This document shows, in pieces, positions 14,604 to 27,927 of a DNA stretch of 64,000 bases. Under the pieces are notes generated by a model, which saw nothing but the letters and a program-made list of their open reading frames with translations, made no database searches and had not been told where the DNA came from. The position numbers were made by a program, and so were the translations under genes. The stretch is from Octopus vulgaris (taxonomy: Eukaryota): the NCBI GenBank assembly GCA_951406725.2, contig OX597816.1, positions 97,340,001-97,404,000 of the forward strand, written 5' to 3'. Numbering within the stretch: position 1 is the first letter of the stretch; the number at the start of each line of letters is the position of its first letter.

Positions 14604-15329
14604 CCTCTCACTATGTCTCTCCCCCACATATATAATATGTTTTTTTTCTTTAAATTACGTTTTTTAATCACTTTGCGAACCAATTTCTGAAATCAGTTTT
14701 GTAAATGAGTTTTAAATCATCTTTTGATCATTTGTTTTTGTTTACTGCTATCATATTTCATCCGGTGACTATTAACCATAATTAACTACTGTTCACAGTT
14801 AAATTTTAATAATAATACACTGGAGAAGTATAGAAAAGACACGCATGGGTATATGCAAACACACACACACACATACACACACACACATACACACACACAC
14901 AAACACACGCACGAACACATACACATATGCAAGTGTATATTTTAGAATGTATATGTCCTATATTATGTTGTATTGCTGCATGTATGTGAGTGTATCAGTA
15001 CATTTGTCTATTAGAATATGAAAGTAAGTTGGTGTCTGTACACGCACACACACATATGTTTACATACATACACACATATACACACACGCATACATATATA
15101 TATATATATGCATACATATATAATATATACATACATATGTATTTACGTATGTATGTATGTATGTACGTATACATGGTCGTATATGGGTATATGTATAAAC
15201 GGAGACAATAAATATATGCATGTTAATATGAGTTATAAAAAATGCGTGGATCCTATCGAAAGAAATGCAAAAGTGGCTATAACTTTGATATTACCTCACA
15301 TAGGTTTAGACTGCAAATGACAAAGAGTA

Positions 15330-16260
15330 TATCTTTGTCTGTACAATGTTACTACTACAGAATATAGACGCCATTAAAATCGATGTATTTTGCCCCATCG
15401 TTGAACTCAATTCTAGAATTTTCTTTGAAAAGTCTTTAGTTGCATAATGTCGTATCCACTTCTTAACAGCCACTTTCACCTCGTTTGTGTCATTAAAAAG
15501 TTAACCTTTAGGTTGTACTGTGTAGGTGATGCTAATCAGTCCAATTTTCTGGTTGGTGTTAAAGATGTTTGCGGTCATGAATTGTCATTGCGAATCGATT
15601 TTGGATTCATGTTTCCCCTTTTTCACCTCACAGCTTAAATAATCTGTTTGTGTCGTGAATTAACAGCCATATTTTAAGGGACAGCAAAGCACCAAATGCC
15701 CAAAGCCAAAACAGTTAACATGACTTTCTGTGACGATAGATGATTCCTGAACTTCTTAGGTTTTCGAGAAGAGATATGGACTGAAATTTCATTCCGGATC
15801 ATTAAGATCCGTCTATCTATTGTCAACAAATCAGAGAACTTCTGCTCGTTGGTTTCAAACGCCTCCATCATATCGGAGCAGGTTTTTAGTCTTCCCTCGT
15901 TCAACTCAATTGTGAACAGTCGAGACACTTACTTGTATACATTTGATGCTACTCAAATTTTCCTTTCAACATTTTTATGCATTGTGATAACAGTCCTGTT
16001 GTTCAAAAAAGTCACAGACTGTGATTCATCTGTCGGCACGAACCAGCTCGTTCCCTCATTGATGACACATGTCAGTGGGTTCAGATGATAGTTTTCCACA
16101 GCTGGTCTTTCAATGCTGGTTTCTTCTATTTAATCTTCTAGATCCATCAGTACACATTACCCTTGTCAGTAGTATCATCACCATAAATAACTTGCACACT
16201 TCCGTGAGGCCAGAACTGCTAGAATGCAACAAACTAGATATATATTATTATGTGTCTAAT
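15330..16260 (-). mobile_element. Decayed mariner (Tc1/mariner) transposase remnant
   Basis: SRLFTIELNEGRLKTC...FSDLLTID...SSRKPKKFRNHLSSQKVMLTV matches WVPRLLT..TxDE..PKKFR..KVMxTV; boundaries approximate. Confidence 0.7.
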
Positions 16261-16449
16261 TGAAATGGCGATGAGAAATAACGAGATACTTATTTCAAAA
16301 GTCGCCCGAAGAAGCGCAGTCTGCACCTGTGATGTGAGACAATTGATTGCATATCATCTCACCTATGAACTACAGGTGATGAATGTGTCGAAACAATTAT
16401 ATTAGTTCAGATTAAAGAATCTTGTGAATTCTATTTTACAGTCTCTGAT

Positions 16450-16500
16450 CTATCTGTCTGTCTGTCTGTCTGCCGGTCTGCCCGTCTATCTGTCCGTCTG

Positions 16501-16567
<67 letters not shown>

Positions 16568-16604
16568 GTCTATCTGTCTGTCTGTCTGTCTGTCTATATA
16601 TCTA

Positions 16605-16641
<37 letters not shown>

Positions 16642-16656
16642 ATATCTGTCTGTCTG

Positions 16657-16697
<41 letters not shown>
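16450..16697. repeat. (TCTA)n/(TCTG)n/(TA)n microsatellite
   Basis: Direct inspection. Confidence 0.95.
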
Positions 16698-16699
<2 letters not shown>

Positions 16700-17273
16700 G
16701 TATATTTGTGTATACGTTTATATTCATGTATGTGTGTGCGTTTGCCTGCGTGTCTTCGTGCATATTTACTCACACGCAAACACACGCGCAAGCACACAAG
16801 CCCAGGCGCGCACAGGCACATATTTATATGTATAGTTAAAGTATTCGTGTGAAACACGATAAACGTAAATAGGTGTTGAAGTATTTCCGTTAATTTACTA
16901 TGGATTTGCCAAGGAAAAATTAGTTTACTACAGTCATATAAATTTATATGAGTCTTAAGAGTCATTAATCAAAGTTTAAATCATTGGTTGATGTCTGCAA
17001 TCTGTACGTAAATCATATAACCAATTATTGTAATGTAATTTATTTTAATTTGTTCATGTTTACCTAATTTTGTATTTAAATGAGAAATATCTTAGTGAAT
17101 ACCAAAAAGCCGTCGAACCACCGAGCAGTATTTTTAGTGTCCCCTATGTGAAAAGATACCAAATATAACGAAATACTATTTTCCTTTGATAAGCAAGTAA
17201 CAATATGTGAAACAAGAATATCTTTGCGCGGAACTTTCAATAAATTGCATGTAAACATCATTTCCTAGGCCTA

Positions 17274-17274
<1 letters not shown>

Positions 17275-17342
<68 letters not shown>

Positions 17343-17475
17343 CCTTTCCTATTCTTTCCTTTTACGATCCCTTTTGATCGAAAACCAACCCCCCCTTTTT
17401 TTACCCCCAAAAGAAAAGCTCTACCTTGTAATTTGTTCTATCTGTGTGCAGCCCTGTGTGGCTAATAAAGAAACA

Positions 17476-17564
<89 letters not shown>

Positions 17565-17590
17565 GTCTATCTGTCTGTCTGTCTGTCTGC
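17275..17590 (+). mobile_element. LINE 3' end (about 17343-17475) embedded in (CTAT)n
   Basis: Terminal gccctgtgtggctaataaagaaa resembles the Tx1-like end at about 4753-4773; (CTAT)n on both sides. Confidence 0.55.
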
Positions 17591-17932
17591 TTGTCTCTCT
17601 GTCTTAGAGTGAGAAAAAGGCAGATAGCGAGGTACAGAAACTCCCTGAAGAAATCCTTTCGCGCCTTCCATGATGTTCACCATTCTGTCTTTTCTAGCGT
17701 CTCACCTCACTCCGCGCAATGACCTTCTATAAAGAGACCCTCAATATATTTCCTTGCAGGCAAGAGAAAACGAAGAAAAAGAAGGAACCCTAGGCTGCAC
17801 AGCTTCCCATGCAGTCTCTGTGATCATACCTGCCTGTCCCGAAATGGATACTTTGAGCAACAGAAAGCGTGCAACTGATTCAGATATTGACCCCGAGTAA
17901 ATCTTCGCACGCTCCCGAAGCCAGGAAGATTA

Positions 17933-17978
<46 letters not shown>

Positions 17979-18164
17979 CTGCCATTTCTAATTCCTTCGG
18001 TATGAGGCGAAACAGCTCGCTGCTAGCCAACTTATTTTTCTTTACTATATACTGAACCTTACAAAGGTCTTGACAATTATTTTGTCGTATTTACATACCG
18101 AAATTTACCGGTAAATAATTGTTGGTTACATGAAAAACCACAGGAACGTTATTTACCAATTTTT

Positions 18165-18230
<66 letters not shown>

Positions 18231-18289
18231 CATACATACATACATACATACATACATGCATACATACATACATGCATATGTATATACAA

Positions 18290-18600
18290 AAGGAGTATGG
18301 ACGATCATATTGTCATAGCAGAGAGGCTTGCTATAGCGGAGACGAATCTTGTAGCCAAGAAACAAACAACCGAGTTGACAGTAAAGAGAAGCTAATTGCT
18401 TACCTAAGTGTTTGGCACAAACTGTACACACGCTGCCTCAACCAATTCCTCCACGATCCTTCTAAGTCCAACGACGTAGTGAGTGATGAAAAGGAGGGAG
18501 TGTGCGGAAGTGCTGAACAACATTTGATAAGCAAAGCTGCACTCTGTGAAGTGAAGAAACACCTTAGGAATATTCCAGCAGTATGTCTTGATTACAGGTA
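18290..18600 (+). pseudogene. R4/Dong-type RT fragment
   Basis: EKEGVCGSAEQHLISKAALCEVKKHLRNIPAVCLDY resembles GxxGCxEQLLINKxxxxExxxxxxNLxxxWLDY. Confidence 0.65.
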
Positions 18601-19683
18601 TCAATCAATCTTGATAGGGGTACGAGTTTAGTCGCCGAAGATCCGACCATCCAACGATTGTACCGGGTTACATTTTACTAGTTGTGCCCGTGAGTGACCT
18701 GACATAACATACATATATACATACATTTGCTCTTACATACACACATACATGCATACATGTATAAAGGTATACAGGCGTATATTGATACAGTGAAAATTTG
18801 TAAAAGATGTATGGGTATTTTGATGTCTGCATTCGCCCCTCTCTCTCCCGTTATGTTTATTTGTTTTGCAACAAAAGAGGAATTTAAAAGGGTTTACATA
18901 TGGTGTCAGAGTTAATCTTGACAATTTGCATTTTCAGAATTATAACAGTTAGTCGGGTCTTCGGCTACTATACTGGCAACCCTGTCAAGATTGGTTGATA
19001 TTCTGCAGGATGAGAAATAAAACCAGCCAAAGGACGGAAGAGCTCATTAGCGGTCAACGACCACCCAACATTGTGCCAATAGTAGTGGAACCGATTCTTA
19101 TGTACTTTGTTACCCAGACTTCATGACATATTTCTTCATTAACTAATTACATATCATGGAAGATGGAACGCTGTTCCTACGGCTAACTGTTATAATCTGA
19201 AGATGCAAGTTGTCAAGATTGACACCAAATTCCTCTTTTGGTGAGAAACAAATAAATATATCAGTTATATTTACTACGGAAATACTGTCCCAGTATGAAA
19301 GAAGAAGCGTTCAACATATGCCGATCACAGTTACATTTCAAAAGAGTGTCCCATGGTGGCACTGTAAATTAGAGGACAGCGTATCTTTTTCAAATTTTAT
19401 TGTGAATATTGTTGCTTGAAAAATTGGAAGTACATAAGTTTTTTCTGATTACTTATCAAATGTATAATAAAGGTGCCCCAGATAGGTTTAAGAGGAAAAA
19501 GTTATTAAAATGAGCAGCGGTCTTTTAAGAATTTACCCATTTTTATTCGTGATCTGTATTTATCTGTTTCAGTAACTGAGAGCACTCAACTTCGAGTTGC
19601 TTTTGGGAAACTATGCAGTTTCTTTAAATATAGAAAAGAAAAACCCACATGTATGATATATGTGTGTATGCGTATTTATGTGT

Positions 19684-19880
19684 TCGAAACTAGTTTGCTC
19701 TGTGAATAAATCTATTTAAAAACGACCACACGTTTTACAGTTGATAAACGCAATATATGTATGTGCTACTATTAGTTTCATCTGGTGTGAGCATAACAAG
19801 CAGTGTTTTTAACACGTCTGGTGCCCTAGCACATGAAACGAACAGAGCCACATAAATACATATATTATGTTTATTGAATA
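19684..19880 (+). mobile_element. Inverted partial copy of the Penelope-like 3' terminus
   Basis: Reverse-complement match to 20015-20282 (cgaaactagtttgct...ggtgccctagcac...gccacataaatac). Confidence 0.8.
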
Positions 19881-19973
19881 ATACATATGTATATATGAGT
19901 GTGTGTGTGTATGTGTGGTAGGAGTGGGGGTGGGATGTGTGTGCCTGTGTGTTTATGCGTGCGTACATACATA

Positions 19974-20014
<41 letters not shown>

Positions 20015-20016
<2 letters not shown>

Positions 20017-21255
20017 CATTTTATAAATATAATATATGTATTTATGTGGCACTATTCGTTTCAAGTGCTAGGGCACCAGACGAGTTAAAAACACTGGTAT
20101 GCTCTCACCACATGAAAGTAACAGTAGCACATACACACACACACACACACACACATACATACACTCATACATGCATGCATACATACATACATACATACAT
20201 ACATACATACATTGCGTTTATCAACTGAAAAACGTGTAGTCGTTTCTAAATAGATTTAATCACATAGCAAACTAGTTTCGATAAGTTTTTGCATATCAAT
20301 GGTACAAATACATATAAAAAGTGAGATTTAGGGGGGTGTAAAATTACAAGGTAAAGATTGGAGAAACATATTCAAACCATCAAGTATTCAAATGTTCACA
20401 GAAAGTTCAATGAATTTCACAGGGATAGGCAGGCATATCAGTGTAAATGCTGCGCGAAGATCATAACAAATGTACATCATTGAAAGTTCAGTCATATTTA
20501 GTTTTCATAAAATAAGTGGAGTAGAAAGAGTAAAAGGTGGAGAGAAAGAAAAAAGTATTTCTTTTTACAATTTCTGTCGGGGTGCGGGCAGTTCTTTTTT
20601 TCAATTTCGCTCTCAATGCACTGGTCTCTTCACCGTTTAGGACTTGTTGAAAGTGGAAAATACTTTGCGTTCAATCTTTTGATATTTCTTTTATTCTTTT
20701 ACATGTTTCTGTCATCTGACTGTTGCCATGCGGGAGCACCTTCTGATATATTTTTTTTGCGGAAAAAATTCTAATTTTTGACTGGTTATAATTTTGATGA
20801 TGTCTTATTCTTTTGTCGCGGACGTTTTGGTCAAAACATAGTTTTGTTTTGGCAAAGTTTAGTGTTTTGATTGGTTGGCTTGCTGGTAACAACCACGGTC
20901 AAGAGACAAGTACTAAATTTTTGTAGGTTTCGTGTCACTTTATTTTGATCAAAAATATTTTCCGTTTTGGACAAAATAAGTTTGTTTTCGTAAAGTTCAG
21001 CATTCTGCTTAGTTGAGTTCCGTGTAGGGACTCGGTAATACACTTTCGCTTGATGGTCATGCACCGTTCCAGTTGGTTGGTTCCCTTAAGAAGTAACTGT
21101 TATTTTTTTTTGTGAGGGTCCGGTTCAGAAAAAAGAGAAATTATATCTGCTGTCTTTGTTCGTTTTACGTGGAAAAACCAGGTTTTAAATGCGGTTTGTC
21201 TTTTTTAATGAGCATGCTTTCCATATGCAATCAGAATTGGGTTGAAGTGTTTCCG

Positions 21256-21308
<53 letters not shown>

Positions 21309-21540
21309 TCTGATATTTCAGATTTATGTCTGCGGGACATTGATCTAAGTGAGCGTTTACGGGAATTTTCCTGGTCGTTGTGTCCCGGATCTGTTCCCTG
21401 CATACCGTCAAGGTAAAGCCCGTTTGACCTATGTAGTCACCCACCACACCCTCCACATTTGAGGACATAAATTAAATTATTCGATGCGCAAGTGAAATTA
21501 CTTTTTATGGTAAATATTTGATCTGACTTTAAATTATATG
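20015..21540 (-). mobile_element. Penelope-like element, 5'-truncated inverted copy (GIY-YIG to pLTR)
   Basis: FTCASNNLIYVLKCGGC..DYIGQTG...KIPVNAHLDQC GIY-YIG motif; colinear with 22750-23940; degenerate hammerhead at 20265-20304. Confidence 0.85.
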
Positions 21541-23977
21541 ACAGAAAGTAGTGAAATTATCGAATGTAAATGTTTTGAAACCTCATTAATGCATAAATCA
21601 GAAAATAACCGGAATTCTGAAACAAGAAAAACACAGCATCATATGTAAACTGCTTTCTGATATCAAGAAAGCTTTACTCCAAATATGGGCCAAAAATGAT
21701 AAAAGCGCAAATTGGCTTTCTGGAACACGATCAAAAACACCAACAAAGCTGAGAAATACGAGAGATAGCTCAACTTAAGGCGGCAAGCTGGCAGAATCGT
21801 TAGTACGCCGGGCGAAATGCTTAGCGATATTTCGTCTGCCGTTACGTTCTGAGTTCAAATTCCGCCGAGTTCGACTTTGCCTTTCTTCCTTTCAGGGTCG
21901 ATTAAATAAGTACCAGTTACGCACTGGGGTCGATATAACCGACTTAATCTTTTTGTCTGTCCTTGTTTGTCCCCTCTCTGTGTAGCCCTTTGTGGGCAGT
22001 AAAAATATAAGATAGCTGAGTTAACTTCCTATATGTCATGGCATACTTGGAAGTCCAAATATACGAACACGCTAGACTGAAAGTTGAAGACAACTTCAAA
22101 GAATACTTACTCGCCAACTAGAAACGCTACCCGAACAATTGTTTCATTCTGTGGTCACATATCCTTGAGCAACTCTCAGAATTTAAAAACTTAGCAACAT
22201 TAACCACGGTATCCAATTTACAATGGAATATTAACATTGAAATTGACATTTACTTTAAACTAACGGACTCAAAACAATATCTCCTCTTCTCTTTCTTCCA
22301 CCTAAAGAATATTAAAGTCAATGTATCTTTCAACTTGACAAAAAGAATTTGCACGATTACATCAAATCCCGAAACCCGAGATAAACAACTCCAAGAGTTT
22401 TAAAATATATTACTAGAAAGAAAATGCCCGGTTAGGACTTGCAAAAATGACAGACATCCAACAAGTACAAGAATCAAGAATTCTCCATAACACACTTAAA
22501 ACTTTATCTTATGTATCAACATGCAATCAAAGGAACATGGAAGCAAGCAACATAATCTGCCAAAATATACTCCTGCTTCTGAACGACCTGCAACTGAAAA
22601 AAAGCACTTGAAGCACATAAAATTATTACGAGTAAAAGATAACCCAAATACCTAAAAATATACCAGCGCCATATTACCCCCCAAAAATACAACCCCACGA
22701 GTCAAAAAGTACAACCGCCCTTCCTGCAGGACTCGTATTTCCCTTTAGGTTCAATATATAAATTCAAGTCAAATCAAATATTCACCATAAAAAGTAGCTT
22801 CACCCGTGCATCGAAGAATTTAATTTATGCCGTCAGATGTGGAAGGTGACTACATAGGTCAAACTAGCTTCACCTTGAGGGACAGACCGACGGTACGAAG
22901 GGTAGAGATTCGAGACACAACAACCAGGAAAATTCCTATAAACAATCACTTAGATCAATGCTCTGCAGACATAAATCCGAAATATAATATTTCTCTCTCT
23001 CTCTCTCTCTCTCAATGCACCCGGATCACTTCAACTCAATTCTGATTGCATATGGAAAGCATACTCATTAAAAATGACAAACCGCAACTAAATATCCTAT
23101 AATAACACACTAGAAAGTGAAAATACAATTTTTCCACAAAAATTTACCGCAGACAAGAAATACAATTCGAGAATTTAAAGTAACCAAACTCCAAATTACT
23201 ACACAATAACACCAAATACCTTCTCAAAACAGCAGTTGCTAACGTCAATTGTAACAAAGCCAATGAAATTTCCCTCTAGTGAGAAACGGATCCTGAGGAA
23301 AAAAACAACAAAAACTCACAGTTACTTCTTAAGGGAAACAATCAACGGGAACAGTGGATGACACTCAGGCAAAAACAAATTATAGCGTCACTACAAGGAA
23401 TTCAACTAAGCAGAACTATACGAAAACAAAACTATTTTGTCCAAATCAGAAAATATTTTTGATCAAAATAAAGTTACATCACAAAATCTGCAATCAATCA
23501 TGACTTGTCTCTTAACCATGGTCGTCACCTGCAAGTTAATCAAAGCAGTAAATTTTGCCAAAACGAAAATAAGTTTTGACCAAAACGTCCACAACAAAAG
23601 AATAAGACGTCATCAAAATTATAACCTATCAAAAATTAGATCCTTTTCCGTAAACACATACATAAACTAAAAGATTGAAACCCAAATATTTTCCAATTCC
23701 AACAAGCTGTGACCAGTGAACTGAGAGTGAAACTGAAATAAATAACTACACGCACCACGACAACAATTGTAAAAAGAAAATCACTTTTTCTTTCTCTCCA
23801 CCTCGTCCAATTTTTACTTTGTAAATTCTAACTCACCTAAACCTCCCACTTTTATATATATTTGTACCATTGATAAGGAAAATTTGTCGAAACTAGTTTG
23901 CTATGTGAATAAATCTATTTACAAACGACTACACGTATTTCAGATTCAAGTGCATTTTCACAACCCAAAACAGATTC

Positions 23978-23980
<3 letters not shown>
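21541..23980 (+). mobile_element. Penelope-like element (probably Neptune-like): decayed RT, thumb, GIY-YIG and 3' pLTR
   Basis: MAYLEVQIYE...AN*KRYPNNCFILW (WKRYLDDCF), IQFTMEY, IYFKLTDSKQYL, SKNLIYAVRC..DYIGQT; ends in (TA)n; degenerate hammerhead at 23865-23903. Confidence 0.88.
21777..22010 (+). mobile_element. Full-length tRNA-derived SINE family C inserted in the Penelope-like element
   Basis: ggcggcaagctggcagaatcgttag...gagttcaaattcc head; central gactttgcctttc..cctttc.gggtcgat..aagtaccag domain; agatagct on both flanks as a possible TSD. Confidence 0.85.
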
Positions 23981-24027
<47 letters not shown>

Positions 24028-24084
24028 CGGGAAGCTTTATGAAAATAAACAAAAGACGAAGGCAGGTGGAAAACAAATATATAT

Positions 24085-24420
24085 ATATATGTCTTCTATC
24101 CATTCTCTTGTCAAAGAAAATATTTCTCCATCGTTCTGTTTCCTTGTATGTCCCCACTGTCATGTTTTTGATCCCAACTTTGACTCTCCATAAATCCCAA
24201 ATGTTATTTTAGCACTTATGGGAGAAACTGTATTCGAAGAGTCATATTGTCGTTCAGTTCTCGAAGTGAAGAGTGGATAGACAGCCGACAACTGATGAAG
24301 GGTCATTCTTAATGTTACTTGTCCTGTTTTCCAGTTGTTTCTCTCGTTCTTTGCGTATTGAACTCTTTTGTTTTCATATTTCATGTTATTTACTGTTGGT
24401 GACGTCCTGTACACATATAT
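24085..24420 (+). mobile_element. pLTR-like module with degenerate hammerhead (24181-24244) and a second half-motif (about 24286-24325)
   Basis: Stem I tgactct/agagtca, stem II tccca/tggga, GAAA present, core decayed to CCATAAA; second motif gacaa CTGATGA...ttgtc lacks GAAA; flanked by (TA)n. Confidence 0.55.
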
Positions 24421-24577
24421 GCACGTATATATATATATATATGTATCATATAATTAAGGGCTAAAGAGGGTTATTCTAAAGCCAATACACTGATTTATCC
24501 ACTTATAATCCGCTTGCTACAGGAGAATTGAAACTGAAAACGGGCAACTAACCTTTAGAAAATTTAAATTTCGTTAT

Positions 24578-24639
24578 CTCTATATTGAATCAATTTCGGA
24601 ATTAATCTTATAAAAAGATATATTCTTTCTTCAGTAGAG
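24578..24639 (-). ncRNA. Type I hammerhead ribozyme motif (left arm)
   Basis: Exact reverse complement of 24765-24826. Confidence 0.65.
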
Positions 24640-24764
24640 CTTTCGATGGGATATAAATAAAATACTCACGTATGATCATGGAAAAAGCACAAGCTAAAAC
24701 ATAACTACACTTGAGTACATCACTTATATCTAAAAATAAAAATTTATTTATATCCCATCGAAAG

Positions 24765-24826
24765 CTCTACTGAAGAAAGAATATATCTTTTTATAAGATT
24801 AATTCCGAAATTGATTCAATATAGAG
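24765..24826 (+). ncRNA. Type I hammerhead ribozyme motif (right arm)
   Basis: ctcta CTGAAGA [stem II gaat/attc and atctt/aagat, base imperfect] GAAA ttg att caa TA tagag. Confidence 0.65.
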
Positions 24827-25238
24827 ATAACGAAATTTAAATTTTCTAAAGGTTAGTTGCCCGTTTTCAGTTTCAATTCTCCTGTAGCAAGCGGATTATA
24901 AGTGGATAAATCAGTGTAATGGCTTTAGAATAACCCTCTTTAGCCCTTAATTATATGATGTTTATACTTCAACCGTAACGGTTTTTTTAAATATACTGCC
25001 CACGCTTCCTGATGGATTCTTTTTCTGTAGAGAAAGGGACTTCATCCTATATTGCTAGTATATATATATATATATAAATTGTATAATATAGCAGCATTTT
25101 CGAACTTCATTTTTTACAAATATATATATATATATATATATATATTTAAACATAATAATTAGTGGTTTGAGTTTTCTACTGCTCTTTCTAGCACAAGGCT
25201 TTCCTATTTGGAAGCCTCTTAATGTGTTCTAATGTACA

Positions 25239-25305
<67 letters not shown>

Positions 25306-25317
25306 TGTGTGTGTTTA

Positions 25318-25722
25318 CATTCTTTTCAGTTTTTACTTGTTTCAGTCAATTGGCTGCGGTCATGCTGAAGCACCGCTTTTAGTCGAAGAAATCATTTCCA
25401 AGACTTATTCTTTGTAAGCTTAGTACTTGTTCTAGCGGTCTCTTTTGCCGAACATCTACTTACGGGGACGTAAACACACCAACGTCGGCTGTCAAACAAT
25501 GATATGTGGAAAAACACACACATATAAATACACACACACACATATATATATGTATATTTATACGAGGGGCTTCTTTCAGTTTCCGCCTAACAAATTCAGT
25601 CACACAGCTTTGCTTGGCCTGAGGCTATAGTGGAAGACAATTTCCCAAGGTGCCACGCAGTGGGACTGTACCCAGAACCATGTGGTTGGAAAATAAGCTT
25701 TTTACATCACAGCCACTACGCT
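25318..25722 (-). mobile_element. SINE family A copy
   Basis: Homology to 7616-8044 across its length. Confidence 0.85.
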
Positions 25723-27874
25723 ATTATCAAAGTCTCCGCATTTCTTAGTTATCAATGAGCCATTCTAAACCTACTCTCTGAAACTGAAACATGTTTAAAA
25801 GCAAGAGCAAAAGCTTCACTGGCCGGAATGTTTCTCTTTAATGATTCATTTATGCTGTCAGTGTTCTTTCTAAAGATATGATTATCATGAATCAAATCCA
25901 CTTGCACTACCATACGTATTTACAGAAATACCGCTATTTTCTTGTTTACAAATTGTTAAACAAAACACACGGATATTTAAAGTCTCAGGTTTCTCGCATG
26001 CAAGATGAAATTTTAAACTTTTTTTCGTTTCGTTTATTTTCCAAGAACTATAATACAATGAACAAAAATAAAGAAAAGAAGAAAAAAAAAAAGACATGCC
26101 TGTATGTTCACTTGATGAATATTTCAGCGGTGAGATGATTCTATTTTCAGAAAACATTGACTATTGCCTTAAAAAATATTTCTTCAGTTTTCTGTTTCCG
26201 AGTTATTATCTTTTTTTATGCTTGCTTTTTTATTTTTTTAATCGTATGTTATCTTTGCTTTCTTCTATGTATTTTATGACATTTACTTCAAGTAAACTGT
26301 ATTTAATTATCACCACTGTCTGCTGTAAAATATTTTCGCATTCTAAAGCAAGCATTTGATAATTATTTATCTAATGAGAAACACAAATTATTATGCAGCA
26401 GCGACAAGCTAGCGTCTATAGATGTGACTAAGAACTTCCTGAATGAAAATGTATGAGTGCAAGAGAGAACTATGCTAAGTGAAAGACATATAAAATAGAA
26501 GAGTGAGTTAGAAGAGTTGTTAAGGCTAGCTGTGCTATTCTTATGTAAAAAACAAAAAGAAAAAAATGTTGGTTAAACAAACGTGCGTAATTATTTATAG
26601 CAACACACCTTCGACAATATTAGGTACAATTGATATGACTTGCCCTTATGTTTGTAGTATGCGTCTTCAAAAAATCTACCTTAGATTCAGTAGTGTTTTC
26701 AGAATAATTTCAGACACGATAGAGGAACTGCTTATATATTCGATACAATGAAGAAGCTTCTTTGTCATCATTGAACTTAAGAGTAACAAACCTCAGCTAA
26801 AACTATTGATGTGGTCATGGAAGGGGTGTATATACGTTGTTGGCTTCTTGAAGGGCCACGTTGACTTTCGAGGTGTTTGAACTAATTGGTTAAACATGCA
26901 GGTACATGCAAAGACCTAATATAATGGTTTCTGTTTTTTTTTCCCTATTCATAATTCTACTACAATTTATGGACATATAAACTGCATCGGAAAGTTTCAA
27001 ATTCCTTTGTTTCAATTTCTTGTTGTTTTTTTTTAAGTACTAGACTCACTTTCAAAGCCCAAAGTCATTAAATGATCGAAATATTTTATGATCAAAACGT
27101 TGTACCTTATTTTTGGACAGGGCATCAAAGGCTAGCTCATGTGCCCTTCCTTTTTGGTTGGTAAAAATAACATTTTAATGTCATTAGCTCACTTATTTCT
27201 AATTATCTGAGACGCATTCATGGAAAATACTTAAATTTAGCTATTTGCAGAATTACGACACACACTTTTAACTACTGTAAAGAAATCATTTGTACATGTT
27301 CAAAAAATCGTCTTCAATGTGCGATTGCATCATAGGAATAGATAGATAGACAGATGAATAGCAGACAGATAAACAGGTAGATAGGTGGAGATACATGGTT
27401 CAGTTTTGCACAACTACAAGTTATTTATGCTTACAAAGGTGAATGAGTAGGTAATTCACTAATATTTGTCAATGAATGCGATCTGATGATAGACTCTGAT
27501 GCTATTGCCAGTTACATTACAGACATCCAAATTATCAGCAAACTATCAAATCACTCCATCTTGCCTATATATTTATACCTTGCTTCTTTTATCAGTGCGT
27601 GATTTCTGTCACTACCTTACTATGTCTAACTGTGTATTTTCTCAGTTTTTTATCTCTCATCTGTACAACTTCTGACACAGTGATACGCAAACTGAGAAAG
27701 ACAAATAGGGTCGGATATATGTATGTATATGTATACACACATACATACACATGCACGCATACACGAGGACATGTATAGTCGAAAATGAGTCCTATTTATT
27801 AACATTGACATATAAATACCAACACAATTAGAGACGTGTACGTACGATCTTCGTGTATGCATGTGTGTATATAT

Positions 27875-27927
<53 letters not shown>

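Larger units (their letters stand above)
24445..24959. repeat. Near-perfect inverted repeat: 217 bp arms (24445-24661, 24743-24959), 81 bp spacer
   Basis: Arms are reverse complements with one mismatch seen by eye. Confidence 0.95.
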
